Assembly (NCBI GenBank): GCA_963664405.1
Contig: OY761158.1
Location: 6,080,001 to 6,144,000 of the forward strand
Direction of reading: 5' to 3'
Source of the DNA: Thermoanaerobaculia bacterium
GTDB taxonomy: Bacteria; Acidobacteriota; Thermoanaerobaculia; Multivoradales; Multivoraceae
Length of the DNA: 64,000 nucleotides
Shown here: piece after piece, positions 18,514 to 28,399 of the stretch
Position numbering within the stretch: position 1 is the stretch's first letter
How the letters are laid out: the number at the start of each line of letters is the position of its first letter
Translations under genes and position numbers: made by a program
Notes under the pieces: model-generated
Database searches by the model: none
What the model was told of the DNA's origin: nothing
The model's input: only the letters and a program-made list of their open reading frames with translations

Positions 18514-20019
18514 ATGGGCTCGAAACGAACACGGCGTCGGTTTCTCCAACAGTCCACCCAGCTGGCAGCCGGCGGTGCTCTCGCTGGTCTCGCGGGGGCA
18601 TGTGGCGGCGGAGGTGAGCCCGAAGCCGAGATGTCGTCGCCTGAGGGGAGCACTGTCGACGGCCGACCGAACCTTCTCTTCTTCTTCCCCGACCAGCATC
18701 GCCCTGACTGGCTGGGCTGGGGCAACTACGGCCTACCGCTGGCGACGCCGAACATCGAGCGCCTGGCCCGCACCGGCACCAACTTCACCCGCGCGGTCGT
18801 GCCCTCACCGGTCTGCGCACCGTCGCGCGCCTGCTTGGCATCCGGTAAGGAATACGACCGCTGCGGTGTTCGCAACAACGGGGTCGATTATCCTCTCGAT
18901 CAGACGACCTATTACGGACTGCTTCGGGACGCCGGTTACCACACCCTTGGGGTCGGCAAGCTCGATCTTTCCAAGCCCAGCCACGATTGGGGTATCGATG
19001 GCTCGAACCATGGCGATGCCTGGGGCTTCTCGGCAATGATCAACAGCTGCGGCAAGGGCGACGGGATGGGCGCCTATCTGAGAGAGCCGGTAGGCCCGAA
19101 GGATCCCTATTACGCTTTTCTCGATTCCCTCGAGCCGCCTCAGGGTCGCGCCTGTGCCGACGACTACGCGAAGAGGGGTCGCACGAGGCCCGATGGCTGG
19201 TGGGGTGACAGCTATCCCTGTCCGCTCAGCCCCGAGGCCTACGGCGATAATTGGGTGGCGCAGAACGGTCTCGATCTGCTCGAGCAGGTGCCGGAGGGCA
19301 AGCCCTGGCACCTGGTCATCAACTTTCCCGGTCCACACCCGCCGATGGACATCACCAAAGAGATGGAGCGGCTGGTTCGCGGGCCCGACCGTGTGCTCGA
19401 GGGACTGGGCCAACCTCACAACTACACCGGAAACATGAGCCCGGAGCAGCATGTGGCCCTGCGTCAGAACTATGCGGCGATGATCGAGAACATCGACATG
19501 TGGCTCGGCCGCTACATCGACTGGCTGGAGGAGAAGGGACAGCTCGAGAACACCATCATTGTCTACGCCTCCGATCATGGCGAGCAGCTCGGCGAACACG
19601 ATCTCTGGGGTAAATCGGTGCCCTACCAGGCCTCCCTCGGCGTACCGCTGTTGGCGGCGGGCCCGGGGATTCGGCCAGGGGTGGAGACTGACGCCTTGGC
19701 GAGTACCGTGGACCTCGGGGCCACTTTCCTCGACTACGCAGGTGTCCCCGTACCTTCGGACATGGACAGTCGCTCGCTGCGACCGGTGCTCGAGGGCGCA
19801 ACCGAGACCCACCGCGAGGTCTTGCTCTCGGGCTTATTGACCAGCAGGGGAGATTTTCGACTGGCCTGGGACGGCCGCCGCAAGCTGGTCCGTGATTTCG
19901 GCGAGGAGTGGCAGCTGTGGGACCTCGAGGCCGATCCCCAGGAGGCGCGCAACTTCGCCTCTCAAGAGCCAGACCAGGTGCGTCGTCTGCAGGATTGGCT
20001 GCCGGAGCGACTGGCGTGA
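18514..20019 (+). CDS. Sulfatase (S1, Cys-type), Tat lipoprotein, paralog 1
   Basis: TRRRFLQ Tat motif plus LAGAC lipobox; PNLLFFFPDQHR, CAPSRA, YASDHGE. Confidence 0.92.
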   Translation: MGSKRTRRRFLQQSTQLAAGGALAGLAGACGGGGEPEAEMSSPEGSTVDGRPNLLFFFPDQHRPDWLGWGNYGLPLATPNIERLARTGTNFTRAVVPSPVCAPSRACLASGKEYDRCGVRNNGVDYPLDQTTYYGLLRDAGYHTLGVGKLDLSKPSHDWGIDGSNHGDAWGFSAMINSCGKGDGMGAYLREPVGPKDPYYAFLDSLEPPQGRACADDYAKRGRTRPDGWWGDSYPCPLSPEAYGDNWVAQNGLDLLEQVPEGKPWHLVINFPGPHPPMDITKEMERLVRGPDRVLEGLGQPHNYTGNMSPEQHVALRQNYAAMIENIDMWLGRYIDWLEEKGQLENTIIVYASDHGEQLGEHDLWGKSVPYQASLGVPLLAAGPGIRPGVETDALASTVDLGATFLDYAGVPVPSDMDSRSLRPVLEGATETHREVLLSGLLTSRGDFRLAWDGRRKLVRDFGEEWQLWDLEADPQEARNFASQEPDQVRRLQDWLPERLA

Positions 20020-21524
20020 GCGGCCCTAGGCGAACACGACGTCAGTTTCTTCGCGAGTCCTCCAAGCTGGCGGCGGGCGGCGCTCTTGCCGGTCTCGCCG
20101 GGGCGTGTGGGGACGGCAACGATCCCGCGGTCGAGATGTCGACGGCTGAGATGCCGTCGAGCGATGGGCGACCCAATTTCCTTTTCTTCTTTCCCGACCA
20201 GCACCGGCCCGATTGGCTCGGTCTCGAGCACTACGATGTGCCGATCTCGACGCCCAATATCGCGCGACTTGCAAGCACTGGGGTGAACCTCCAAAGCGCG
20301 GTCTGCGCGGCACCGACCTGCGCCCCGTCGCGCGCCTGCCTGGCCGGTGGAATGGAATATGACCGCTGTGGCGTGCCCGACAACCAGTTCGATCTGCCTC
20401 TCGATCGGCCCACTTACCACCGTCTACTGCGAGACGCCGGCTACCACACCATGGGCTGCGGCAAGCTCGATCTGTCGAAAGGGTCGAGCGACTGGGGGCT
20501 CGACGGCGGCAACCGTGCCGAGCCCTGGGGCTTCTCGGCGATGATCAACAACGCGGGTAAGGGCGCCGGGATGAAATACCTCCAGGATGATCCGGTCGGG
20601 CCGAGTGACCCCTACTACGCCTACCTCGATTCTCTCGACCCGCCGCAAGGCCGGATCTGCGCTGAAGACATCACCAAAAGGCGCTCCAAGATGCCAGACA
20701 GCTGGTGGGGTGATACCTATCCTTCCCCCCTCGGCCCCGAGGCTTATTGCGACAACTGGGTGGCGCGCAACGGTCTCCAATTGCTCGATCAGGCTCCGGC
20801 GGACAAACCGTGGCATCTGGTCATCAATTTTCCCGGGCCGCACCCGCCCATGGACATCACCCGAGAGATGGAGCGGCAGGTGCGCGGCCCCGACCGCGTT
20901 CTCGAGGGGCTGGGGTTGCCCCATCACTATGGGGGGAACTTCTCTGAAGAGCAGCACCGGCGCTCGCGCCAGAACTACGCCGCCATGATCGAGAACATCG
21001 ACATGTGGCTCGGCCGCTATATGGAGTGGCTGGAGGAGCGGGGACAGCTCGAGAACACCATCATCGTCTACGCCTCCGATCACGGCGAGATGCTCGGCGA
21101 GCATGGACGCTGGGGCAAGGCAGTGCCGTATCGCAGCTCTGTGGGCGTGCCTCTCCTGGCGGCGGGGCCTGGTGTCCGCCAGGGCTTCGAAAGCGCCGCC
21201 CCGGCGTCGATCATGGATCTTGCCGCCACCTTCCTCGACTACGGTGGTGTCGAGGTGCCGGCGGAGATGGACAGCCGCTCGCTGCGACCGCTGCTGTCCG
21301 GCGCGAGCGACAACCACCGAGAGGTCGTGCTCTCCGGCCTGCGTGACTTTCGGATGGCCTGGGACGGTCGATACAAGCTGACTCGCGATTTCGGGGACGA
21401 GGAGTGGCAGCTGTGGGATCTCGAGGCCGACCCTGAGGAGGCGCGGAATCTGGCCTCGCAGCAGCCCGACCAAGTGCGTCGCCTCAAAGAGTGGCTGCCC
21501 GAGCGGGTTGCGAAGGCCGGGTAG
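20016..21524 (+). CDS. Sulfatase (S1, Cys-type), Tat lipoprotein, paralog 2
   Basis: GTG start overlapping the previous stop (GTGA); TRRQFLR, CAPSRA, YASDHGE; highly similar to paralog 1. Confidence 0.92.
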   Translation: MSGPRRTRRQFLRESSKLAAGGALAGLAGACGDGNDPAVEMSTAEMPSSDGRPNFLFFFPDQHRPDWLGLEHYDVPISTPNIARLASTGVNLQSAVCAAPTCAPSRACLAGGMEYDRCGVPDNQFDLPLDRPTYHRLLRDAGYHTMGCGKLDLSKGSSDWGLDGGNRAEPWGFSAMINNAGKGAGMKYLQDDPVGPSDPYYAYLDSLDPPQGRICAEDITKRRSKMPDSWWGDTYPSPLGPEAYCDNWVARNGLQLLDQAPADKPWHLVINFPGPHPPMDITREMERQVRGPDRVLEGLGLPHHYGGNFSEEQHRRSRQNYAAMIENIDMWLGRYMEWLEERGQLENTIIVYASDHGEMLGEHGRWGKAVPYRSSVGVPLLAAGPGVRQGFESAAPASIMDLAATFLDYGGVEVPAEMDSRSLRPLLSGASDNHREVVLSGLRDFRMAWDGRYKLTRDFGDEEWQLWDLEADPEEARNLASQQPDQVRRLKEWLPERVAKAG

Positions 21525-21533
21525 AAGGGACTC

Positions 21534-22001
21534 GTGCCCGCTGATCGCCAGGGTCCCCTCGTCGCCGAAGAAGAGCCCTTTTGGCGACGGAAGACGCTGG
21601 CGGAGATGACGCTGGCGGAGTGGGAGTCTCTCTGCGATGGCTGTGCCAAATGCTGCTTGGAAAAGCTCGAAGACTCCGAAACCGGGGAGGTCAGCTATAC
21701 GGAGGTGGCCTGCGAGCTTCTCGATCTCGGATCGTGTCGTTGCACGAACTACCCCGAGCGCCAGCGCCTGGTGCCTGATTGCGTTCAGCTGACGCGCCAT
21801 AATGTTTCGACCTTGCATTGGATGCCGTCGACCTGCGCTTACAGACTCTTGGCCGAGGGGAAAGACTTGGCCGACTGGCACCCCCTGGTGTCCGGTGACC
21901 CCGAAAGCGTTCATCGGGCGGGTGTGTCGGTACGAGGGCGGGTGATCTCGGCTCGGCATGCTGAGAATCTGGACGAACACGTGGTTAGATGGCCGAAGTA
22001 A
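21534..22001 (+). CDS. ycgN: YcgN-family (UPF0260) cysteine-cluster protein
   Basis: [45 protein letters not shown]. Confidence 0.92.
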   Translation: MPADRQGPLVAEEEPFWRRKTLAEMTLAEWESLCDGCAKCCLEKLEDSETGEVSYTEVACELLDLGSCRCTNYPERQRLVPDCVQLTRHNVSTLHWMPSTCAYRLLAEGKDLADWHPLVSGDPESVHRAGVSVRGRVISARHAENLDEHVVRWPK

Positions 22002-22013
22002 GGAGAAAGAGAA

Positions 22014-22973
22014 TTGGCCGAGAGACCAGAGATCTTGAAGGGCGTTTTCGCCGCCGTATTGACGCCTCTCCTCGAGGACCTCTCACCGGATGTCGAGACC
22101 CACGCGGCCCACTGTCGTTGGTTGTTGGAGAACGGATGTGACGGCCTGGCTGTCCTCGGTACCACCGGCGAAGCGAACTCGTTCTCCGTCGCTGAGCGTG
22201 TCGCCATCCTCGAAGGCCTGGTGGCCGAAGGCATTCCCGCGCAGACGATGATGCCGGGCACCGGATGTTGCTCGATCACCGACAATGTGACTCTGGCGAG
22301 GAGAGCTGTCGAGTTGGGCGCTTCTGGGGTCTTGATGCTGCCGCCCTTCTACTACAAGGACGTCAGCGACGACGGCCTTTTCGCAGCCTACTCCGAGACC
22401 ATCCAGCGGGTCGGCGACGGCCGACTGCGCATTTACCTCTACCACATCCCTCCACAGTCCAAGACCCCGATCAGCTTCGATCTCATCGAGCGTCTGTTGA
22501 AGGCTTACCCGGAGACGGTGGTGGGGATGAAAGACAGCTCCGGTGTTTTCGACAACATGGCGAGGGCGGCGCGGTCGTTCCCCGGTTTCGCCGTCTTTAC
22601 CGGTGCCGACCATCTACTGCTCGATCTGATGCAGGCCGGCGGTGTCGGCTGCATCACCGCGGCGTGCAATCTCGCGCCGCACTGGTTGCAGGATATTTTT
22701 CAAGAGTGGCGCGGTGAGGAGGCGGAGGAGCTGCAGAACCGCATGACAGGTCTTCGCGAGATCATCGCTTCCTTTCCGCTCGTGCCAGGCCTGCGCGCGA
22801 TTATGGCTCGCGAATCGGGCGACGACACCTGGCGCCGGCCGCGACCACCTCTCATGACCCTCGGCCAGGGACGATGTCAGGAGCTGTACAGAAAGCTGGA
22901 TGATCTCGGTTTCCGCATGCCTGCCGAGGCGGCGGCAGGGGGCCCGGATCGCTTAGCCGCGTCGACGTCTTGA
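22014..22973 (+). CDS. Dihydrodipicolinate synthase family (DapA-like) class I aldolase
   Basis: GTTGEANS, LMLPPFYYK, YLYHIP, GMKDSSG. Confidence 0.88.
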   Translation: MAERPEILKGVFAAVLTPLLEDLSPDVETHAAHCRWLLENGCDGLAVLGTTGEANSFSVAERVAILEGLVAEGIPAQTMMPGTGCCSITDNVTLARRAVELGASGVLMLPPFYYKDVSDDGLFAAYSETIQRVGDGRLRIYLYHIPPQSKTPISFDLIERLLKAYPETVVGMKDSSGVFDNMARAARSFPGFAVFTGADHLLLDLMQAGGVGCITAACNLAPHWLQDIFQEWRGEEAEELQNRMTGLREIIASFPLVPGLRAIMARESGDDTWRRPRPPLMTLGQGRCQELYRKLDDLGFRMPAEAAAGGPDRLAASTS

Positions 22974-22999
22974 ACTCGGCGAGGGCAGAGGGCTCGCTG

Positions 23000-24406
23000 A
23001 TGACCAAGCTCCTACTCGTCGCTCAGGTCATCGCTCTCACGGTTCTCAGTTCCTTGCCGCTGGCTGCTCAGGATCCGTCTCCGAATATCCTCTTCATAGC
23101 GGTCGATGATCTCAACGATTGGGTGGGGCACCTCGGGAGACACCCGCAGGCGAATACACCCAATATCGATCGACTGGCGCGGCGGGGCGTGTCGTTTACC
23201 AAGGCCTATGCTTCGGCGCCCTTGTGTAATCCCTCCAGAGTCAGCCTCCTGACGGGACTCTTGCCGTCGAGCTCCGGCGTTTATGGCAACGGCGAAGAGT
23301 TTCGGGAAAAACTACCCGCGGCGACAACCCTGATGCAGCATCTGAGGACGCACGGCTATTCAGCTCAAGGCGGCGGCAAGATTTTTCACGGTGCCGGCAG
23401 GATCGGGGACCCCGCGTCGTGGGACTACTACCATCAGCCCCCTCGACCGAGTGGTGCGAGGCATGTTGGCGAAAGGCAAGGAGGTTTGGCGGAGTCCGCG
23501 TGGGCTCCGTGGGGGCCGCTGGACGTGGACGACTCGGAAATGTACGACGTCAAGATCGTCGATTGGACGATCTCCGAGTTGCAGAAATCACACAACAAGC
23601 CGTTCTTCCTGGCTTGCGGTTTTACGAAACCGCATCTGCCTTGGTATGTGCCGAAGAAGTACTTCGACATGCATCCGCTGGCGAAGATCAAGCTCCCCGA
23701 CACCTTGGATGAAGATCGAGATGACCTTCCAGCATTCGGCAAGAAACTGGCCGCTGAGGTGTACCAGGCGTCGACTTCCGTGAGCTTCAGCGCTCATGGT
23801 GAGGACCACGCCATGGTGTTGAAACACGATCAGTGGCACCGAGCGGTGCAGAGCTATCTGGCTACGATCAGTTTTGTCGATGCGCATGTCGGCAGGTTGC
23901 TCGACGCCCTGGAGGAGAGCGAGCACGCAGACAACACGATCGTCGTTCTGTGGGGCGATCATGGTTGGCATCTCGGTCAGAAGCAGCATTGGCGAAAACA
24001 TGCGCTGTGGGAGGTAGCAACTCGCACAACGCTGATCATTTCCGCGCCCGGTAGGGACAATTGGGGCGCAGTCAGCCCTCGTCCGGTGAGTCTGATCGAT
24101 CTCTACCCGACCCTGGTCGAGCTCTCGGGGATACCGGGCCGAAGTGGGTTGGACGGGCAGAGCTTGGTGCCGCTCCTCGAGAATCCACAATTAGAATGGC
24201 AGCGACCTGTTCTGACCACCTATGGCTACCAGAATCACTCCATCCGCACCGAACGGTGGCGCTACATTCGGTACCATGATGGTGGTGAAGAGCTCTATGA
24301 TCATGACGCGGACCCGAATGAGTGGACCAACCTGGCTCTCTCGGCCCAATATGGTTCCTTGATCAACGAGCTCGGGAAATTCCTTCCAGCCACGAATGTC
24401 AGATAG
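23000..24406 (+). CDS. Sulfatase (iduronate-2-sulfatase/choline-sulfatase-like), secreted
   Basis: PNILFIAVDDLNDW, CNPSR, KPHLPW, WGDHGWHLG.KQHWRK. Confidence 0.92.
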   Translation: MTKLLLVAQVIALTVLSSLPLAAQDPSPNILFIAVDDLNDWVGHLGRHPQANTPNIDRLARRGVSFTKAYASAPLCNPSRVSLLTGLLPSSSGVYGNGEEFREKLPAATTLMQHLRTHGYSAQGGGKIFHGAGRIGDPASWDYYHQPPRPSGARHVGERQGGLAESAWAPWGPLDVDDSEMYDVKIVDWTISELQKSHNKPFFLACGFTKPHLPWYVPKKYFDMHPLAKIKLPDTLDEDRDDLPAFGKKLAAEVYQASTSVSFSAHGEDHAMVLKHDQWHRAVQSYLATISFVDAHVGRLLDALEESEHADNTIVVLWGDHGWHLGQKQHWRKHALWEVATRTTLIISAPGRDNWGAVSPRPVSLIDLYPTLVELSGIPGRSGLDGQSLVPLLENPQLEWQRPVLTTYGYQNHSIRTERWRYIRYHDGGEELYDHDADPNEWTNLALSAQYGSLINELGKFLPATNVR

Positions 24407-24505
24407 CAGGAACCGGGTCTGGGCTACGCGCCGGCTGTTTTGAAGAAGATGGGCTCGGGTCCGGTGTAGACTGCTTGCTTCAGTCAATTGACTATGGGAG
24501 TCGAA

Positions 24506-25903
24506 ATGCGGACATCGCTCGCAGGCTTTCTCTTGGCAACGGCCGTGGCGCTCTGTGCGACGACGGCGGTGCTCTACGGCGCGGCGGATGGCGGCGAAAA
24601 ACCGAACCTGATCTTCCTCTTCTCCGATCAGCATCGGATGGCGGACTTTCCCGGCGAGCCCCATAGCGACGTCATTGCCCCCAACCTCGAGCGTCTCTCT
24701 CGCGGGGGCGCGACCTTCGTCAACGCCATCTCCAACTATCCGGTGTGTTCGCCCTACCGGGGCATGCTGATCAGCGGACGGGCACCGTTCAGGACCGGGG
24801 TGGTCGAGAACCGGATTCGGCTGCGCGACGAGGGTGACTCCTTCGGGCACGTCTTCAAGAACGCCGGCTACCGCACCGGCTACATCGGCAAGTGGCATCT
24901 TGCGGGAGAGGACGCGCCGGAGCAGGGCCACCACGGTTTCGAGCACTACCAGCCGTGGATCGGCACGAGTCAACATACAAAGTCTTCCTATTGGGATTCG
25001 AAGAGCGGGCGCTACGTCCGCACTCCCGAGTACAACCCCATTGGAATGGTGGATCAGGCTCTGTCTTTCATCGAGGAGCGAAAGGGGGAGCCGTTCCTGC
25101 TGATGGTGTCGATGAACCCCCCGCACGCGAACTTCTTCGACGCACCTCCTGAGTTCCAGCGCCTCTACCAGGGGAAGGAGCTCTCGCGCCGCCCCAACTT
25201 TCAGCCCGATGAGGATCCCGACCCGGGAGCGAGTCGGCAAGCCGCGCCGACGAAGAAAGAGCTCGACCGAGTCATGAGGGGCTATCTGGCTCACATCTCG
25301 GCTCTCGACCACGAGCTCGGCCGGCTGCTCGACTGGCTCGAGGAGAACGATCTGGCTTCGAAGACGATCGTGGTCTACAGCTCCGACCACGGAGAAATGC
25401 ACGGATCCCATGGCTCGGCGGGGAAGCGTCAGCCCTTCGAAGAGTCGATCCGCATCCCCTTCGTGGTTCTTGCTCCTGGGCGTGTCTCGCCCGGCCTTCG
25501 GCCTGAAACGCCGATCGGGAATGTCGATTTCCTGCCGACGCTCGCCTCTCTTGCCGGGGTTCCCTTCCCCGATGACCTCGATGGTCGCGACCTCTCCGCG
25601 GCCCTGCGCGGGGAAGAGGTTGCCGGCCCCGACTACCAGCCAATCATGCACATTTTCAACGATCTTGCGGGAGCGGGGCCGGGTCATCCCGCTCCGATCT
25701 TCCGTGGAGTACGCACCCAACGCTACGCCTACGCTGCTGCCCCCGGGCGCCACTTCATGCTCTACGATCTCGAGCGTGACCCCTACCAGCTCCACAATCT
25801 GGTTGACGAGCCGGCCAACGCCGAGCTTCGCGGGCGCCTTGCCGGGTTGACGGCGGAATGGCTGAAGAGGTGGGACGATCCGTTTCTGATGCCGAGGCAA
25901 TAG
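24506..25903 (+). CDS. Sulfatase, secreted
   Basis: PNLIFLFSDQHR, CSPYR, GYIGKWHL, YSSDHGEMHGSHG; start could be 24494 or 24506. Confidence 0.92.
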   Translation: MRTSLAGFLLATAVALCATTAVLYGAADGGEKPNLIFLFSDQHRMADFPGEPHSDVIAPNLERLSRGGATFVNAISNYPVCSPYRGMLISGRAPFRTGVVENRIRLRDEGDSFGHVFKNAGYRTGYIGKWHLAGEDAPEQGHHGFEHYQPWIGTSQHTKSSYWDSKSGRYVRTPEYNPIGMVDQALSFIEERKGEPFLLMVSMNPPHANFFDAPPEFQRLYQGKELSRRPNFQPDEDPDPGASRQAAPTKKELDRVMRGYLAHISALDHELGRLLDWLEENDLASKTIVVYSSDHGEMHGSHGSAGKRQPFEESIRIPFVVLAPGRVSPGLRPETPIGNVDFLPTLASLAGVPFPDDLDGRDLSAALRGEEVAGPDYQPIMHIFNDLAGAGPGHPAPIFRGVRTQRYAYAAAPGRHFMLYDLERDPYQLHNLVDEPANAELRGRLAGLTAEWLKRWDDPFLMPRQ

Positions 25904-25915
25904 GAGACCTCGCGA

Positions 25916-26866
25916 ATGGATGGCAAGTGCTGCACGCCGGGGCGAAGCCCAGAGTCCTCTGACGTCGTTGTGCCCCAACCGGCGCCAAGCGAGGTTTCAG
26001 TCGGCAACGACGGGCGGAAGAGGGTCACGATCGAAGGCGGCTGCTTCCTGATGGGGACGAACTCGGAGGAAGCGTTCCCCGACGACGGCGAGGGACCCGC
26101 CCGCGAGATCGAGGTCGATACCTTCGAGATCGACATCTGTGCGGTCGACAACCGGAGTTTTGCCGCCTTTGTCGACGCCACCGAGTATGTGACCGACAGC
26201 GAGCGATTCGGCTGGTCGTTCGTCTTCGAGGGGAGATTGTCACGCAAGCTCAGGCAGACGGCGATCGAGGGTCGAGTGCCTTGCGCACCCTGGTGGTGCA
26301 AAATCTCCGGCGCCGACTGGCGCCACCCCGAGGGTCCGGGCTCGACGATCACACGGAGGCCCGATCATCCGGTAGTGCAGGTCTCCTATAACGATGCCCT
26401 GGCCTACTGCCGCTGGGCGGGCTGTCGGCTGCCTACCGAGGCGGAGTGGGAGTTTGCGGCGCGTGGCGGCCTCGAAGAGAAGAACTTTCCCTGGGGAGAT
26501 GAGCTCGAGGCCGGGGGAGAGCACCGCTGTAACGTTTGGCAGGGCGAATTCCCGGAGCGCGACCTGGGCGACGATGGGTATCGCGGCACCTGCCCCGTCG
26601 ACGCCTTCGAGCCCAACGGCTTCGGCCTCTACAACGTCTCGGGCAATGTGTGGGATTGGTGCGCCGATTGGTGGGACACGCGCCTCCCGGAGGCGGGCTC
26701 TCGCAATCCGACAGGCCCAGAGATCGGCACCGCGCGAGTCATCAAGGGCGGCTCTCACCTCTGTCACGTTTCCTACTGCAACCGCTACCGGGTCTCGGCG
26801 CGGACCAGCAATACGCCAGACAGCGCCACGGGGCACATGAGTTTTCGCTGTGCTGCCGATGTTTGA
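25916..26866 (+). CDS. Formylglycine-generating enzyme (sulfatase-modifying factor 1)
   Basis: WRHPEGP, HPVVQVS, RLPTEAEWEFAARGG, catalytic KGGSHLCHVSYCNRYRVSAR. Confidence 0.93.
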   Translation: MDGKCCTPGRSPESSDVVVPQPAPSEVSVGNDGRKRVTIEGGCFLMGTNSEEAFPDDGEGPAREIEVDTFEIDICAVDNRSFAAFVDATEYVTDSERFGWSFVFEGRLSRKLRQTAIEGRVPCAPWWCKISGADWRHPEGPGSTITRRPDHPVVQVSYNDALAYCRWAGCRLPTEAEWEFAARGGLEEKNFPWGDELEAGGEHRCNVWQGEFPERDLGDDGYRGTCPVDAFEPNGFGLYNVSGNVWDWCADWWDTRLPEAGSRNPTGPEIGTARVIKGGSHLCHVSYCNRYRVSARTSNTPDSATGHMSFRCAADV

Positions 26867-28376
26867 GGCAGAGGCACGACCGATACGGGCCTTGCTTCTG
26901 GCGGGTGGCCTCTTGGCCTGCTCCGGGCCGGTGGTAGAGGACGTCGAATCGGTGCCTGAGAGCTCCCCGTCGACGATTGCCGTCGGCGATACGTCGACTC
27001 GAGCTCGGGCCGCCGACGGCAGTTTCATCTCATGGAGAGAGCACCTCATCGATGACCGCGAGCTCGGCGGTGTGGCGATCAGCGGCAGCGATGGCTTGGC
27101 GATGGCGGATCTGGATCTCGACGGTTTTCTCGACATCGCTTCTGTCCATGAGTCGGACACCGAATACGACGGTGTGGCCGATGGTCATGTACGCCTCGCC
27201 TTCGGCAGCGCCGATCCCGACCGCTGGCAGCTGCGAACCGTAGCGGAAGGCGAGAGAGCCGCGGCGCCCGAGGACGTGGTGATCACCGATCTCACCGGCG
27301 ATGGATACCCTGACTTGGTAGTGGCGTGCGAGCTGGCCCACGTGCTTTTCCTGGCCAACCCCGGTCCAGACGCCCGTACGGCACCCTGGCCGCACCTTGT
27401 TCTCCCGGGCACACTCGGCCGCGGCTCCTTCATTCGTGTCGCCGCCGGGGACCTCGACGGCGACGGGCGAGCCGAGGTGGCCGCTGCCAACAAAGGAGCC
27501 CAGAACCCGGGGCAGGTGGAACGGACGCCGGGGCCGATCTCTTGGTTCTCGATCGAAGGCGATCCGCTCCAGGGTGCCTCCTGGGTGGAGCACGAGCTGA
27601 TCCGGGTCGATTGGCCGATCAATGTCGAGATGGTCGATCTCGACGCGGACGGCGACCTCGATCTCTTCGCCGGCTCACGCGGCGAGTTCCGAGTGATGTG
27701 GTTCGAGAACACGGGTGCGTCGCCAATCGCTTTCGAATATCACGAGATCGAGATTTCCGGTCGCACCGAGGCACTCGAGCCTCGCCCGCCGGCCTTTCCT
27801 ACCGATCGCGCCATCGCTGCTGGTTTCAACGTTGCCTTTTGGGACTTCAACGGCGATGGGAGGCTGGATCTGGCGGTACGTGAAGGCGATTTCCTGGTCT
27901 GGCTCGAGCAGCCCGAGCTCATCGATTCGGCGTGGGCTCTGCACTCGATAGGCAGCATCACACCTGACAGCGTGGTGGGCTTCACGGTGGCCGACATCAA
28001 TGGCGACGGTAGGAGCGACGTCTTCGTCGGGGCCTACAGTGCCGGCCCGCGCGATCACGACGGCGACGTCGGCCCCGGGGATGCGCTCGGTGGTTTGGCC
28101 TGGTTCGAGAACACCGGCGAGGTGGGCGATCCGTGGATTCGGCACGATGTTTCTCGCCGCAAACGCGGAATGTTCGACGAGCTCATCGCTCGCGACATGG
28201 ACGGTGACGGTGATCTCGACTTCGTCGGGACCCGCGGCAACAGTGCACCGTGGGACGGCGTTTTCTGGCTCGAGCAGGTGCGCAGCGAAGCGGCCGGCCC
28301 AAGTTTCGAACGTGCGAGATCGCAGGACAGTGAAGAGATGACCCGTCCCCTTCATGAGTATCTGTGGACTCTCTAA
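26859..28376 (+). CDS. FG-GAP/VCBS-repeat lipoprotein
   Basis: LLAC lipobox; repeated DLD.DG..D Ca-binding motifs. Confidence 0.82.
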   Translation: MFEAEARPIRALLLAGGLLACSGPVVEDVESVPESSPSTIAVGDTSTRARAADGSFISWREHLIDDRELGGVAISGSDGLAMADLDLDGFLDIASVHESDTEYDGVADGHVRLAFGSADPDRWQLRTVAEGERAAAPEDVVITDLTGDGYPDLVVACELAHVLFLANPGPDARTAPWPHLVLPGTLGRGSFIRVAAGDLDGDGRAEVAAANKGAQNPGQVERTPGPISWFSIEGDPLQGASWVEHELIRVDWPINVEMVDLDADGDLDLFAGSRGEFRVMWFENTGASPIAFEYHEIEISGRTEALEPRPPAFPTDRAIAAGFNVAFWDFNGDGRLDLAVREGDFLVWLEQPELIDSAWALHSIGSITPDSVVGFTVADINGDGRSDVFVGAYSAGPRDHDGDVGPGDALGGLAWFENTGEVGDPWIRHDVSRRKRGMFDELIARDMDGDGDLDFVGTRGNSAPWDGVFWLEQVRSEAAGPSFERARSQDSEEMTRPLHEYLWTL

Positions 28377-28399
28377 CCGCTATCGAGAGGAATCTAACG

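Noticed and set aside
18254-19039. 261-aa ORF as a real gene (weak arabinofuranosidase-like DENGYRRD)
   Set aside because: Better explained as a Crp/Fnr remnant frame running out of frame over the sulfatase
24191-25978. Long antisense ORFs (also 20424-21980, 48858-50444, 57265-58881, 6531-7709)
   Set aside because: They are shadow frames opposite well-supported genes in high-GC DNA and contain no recognisable motifs
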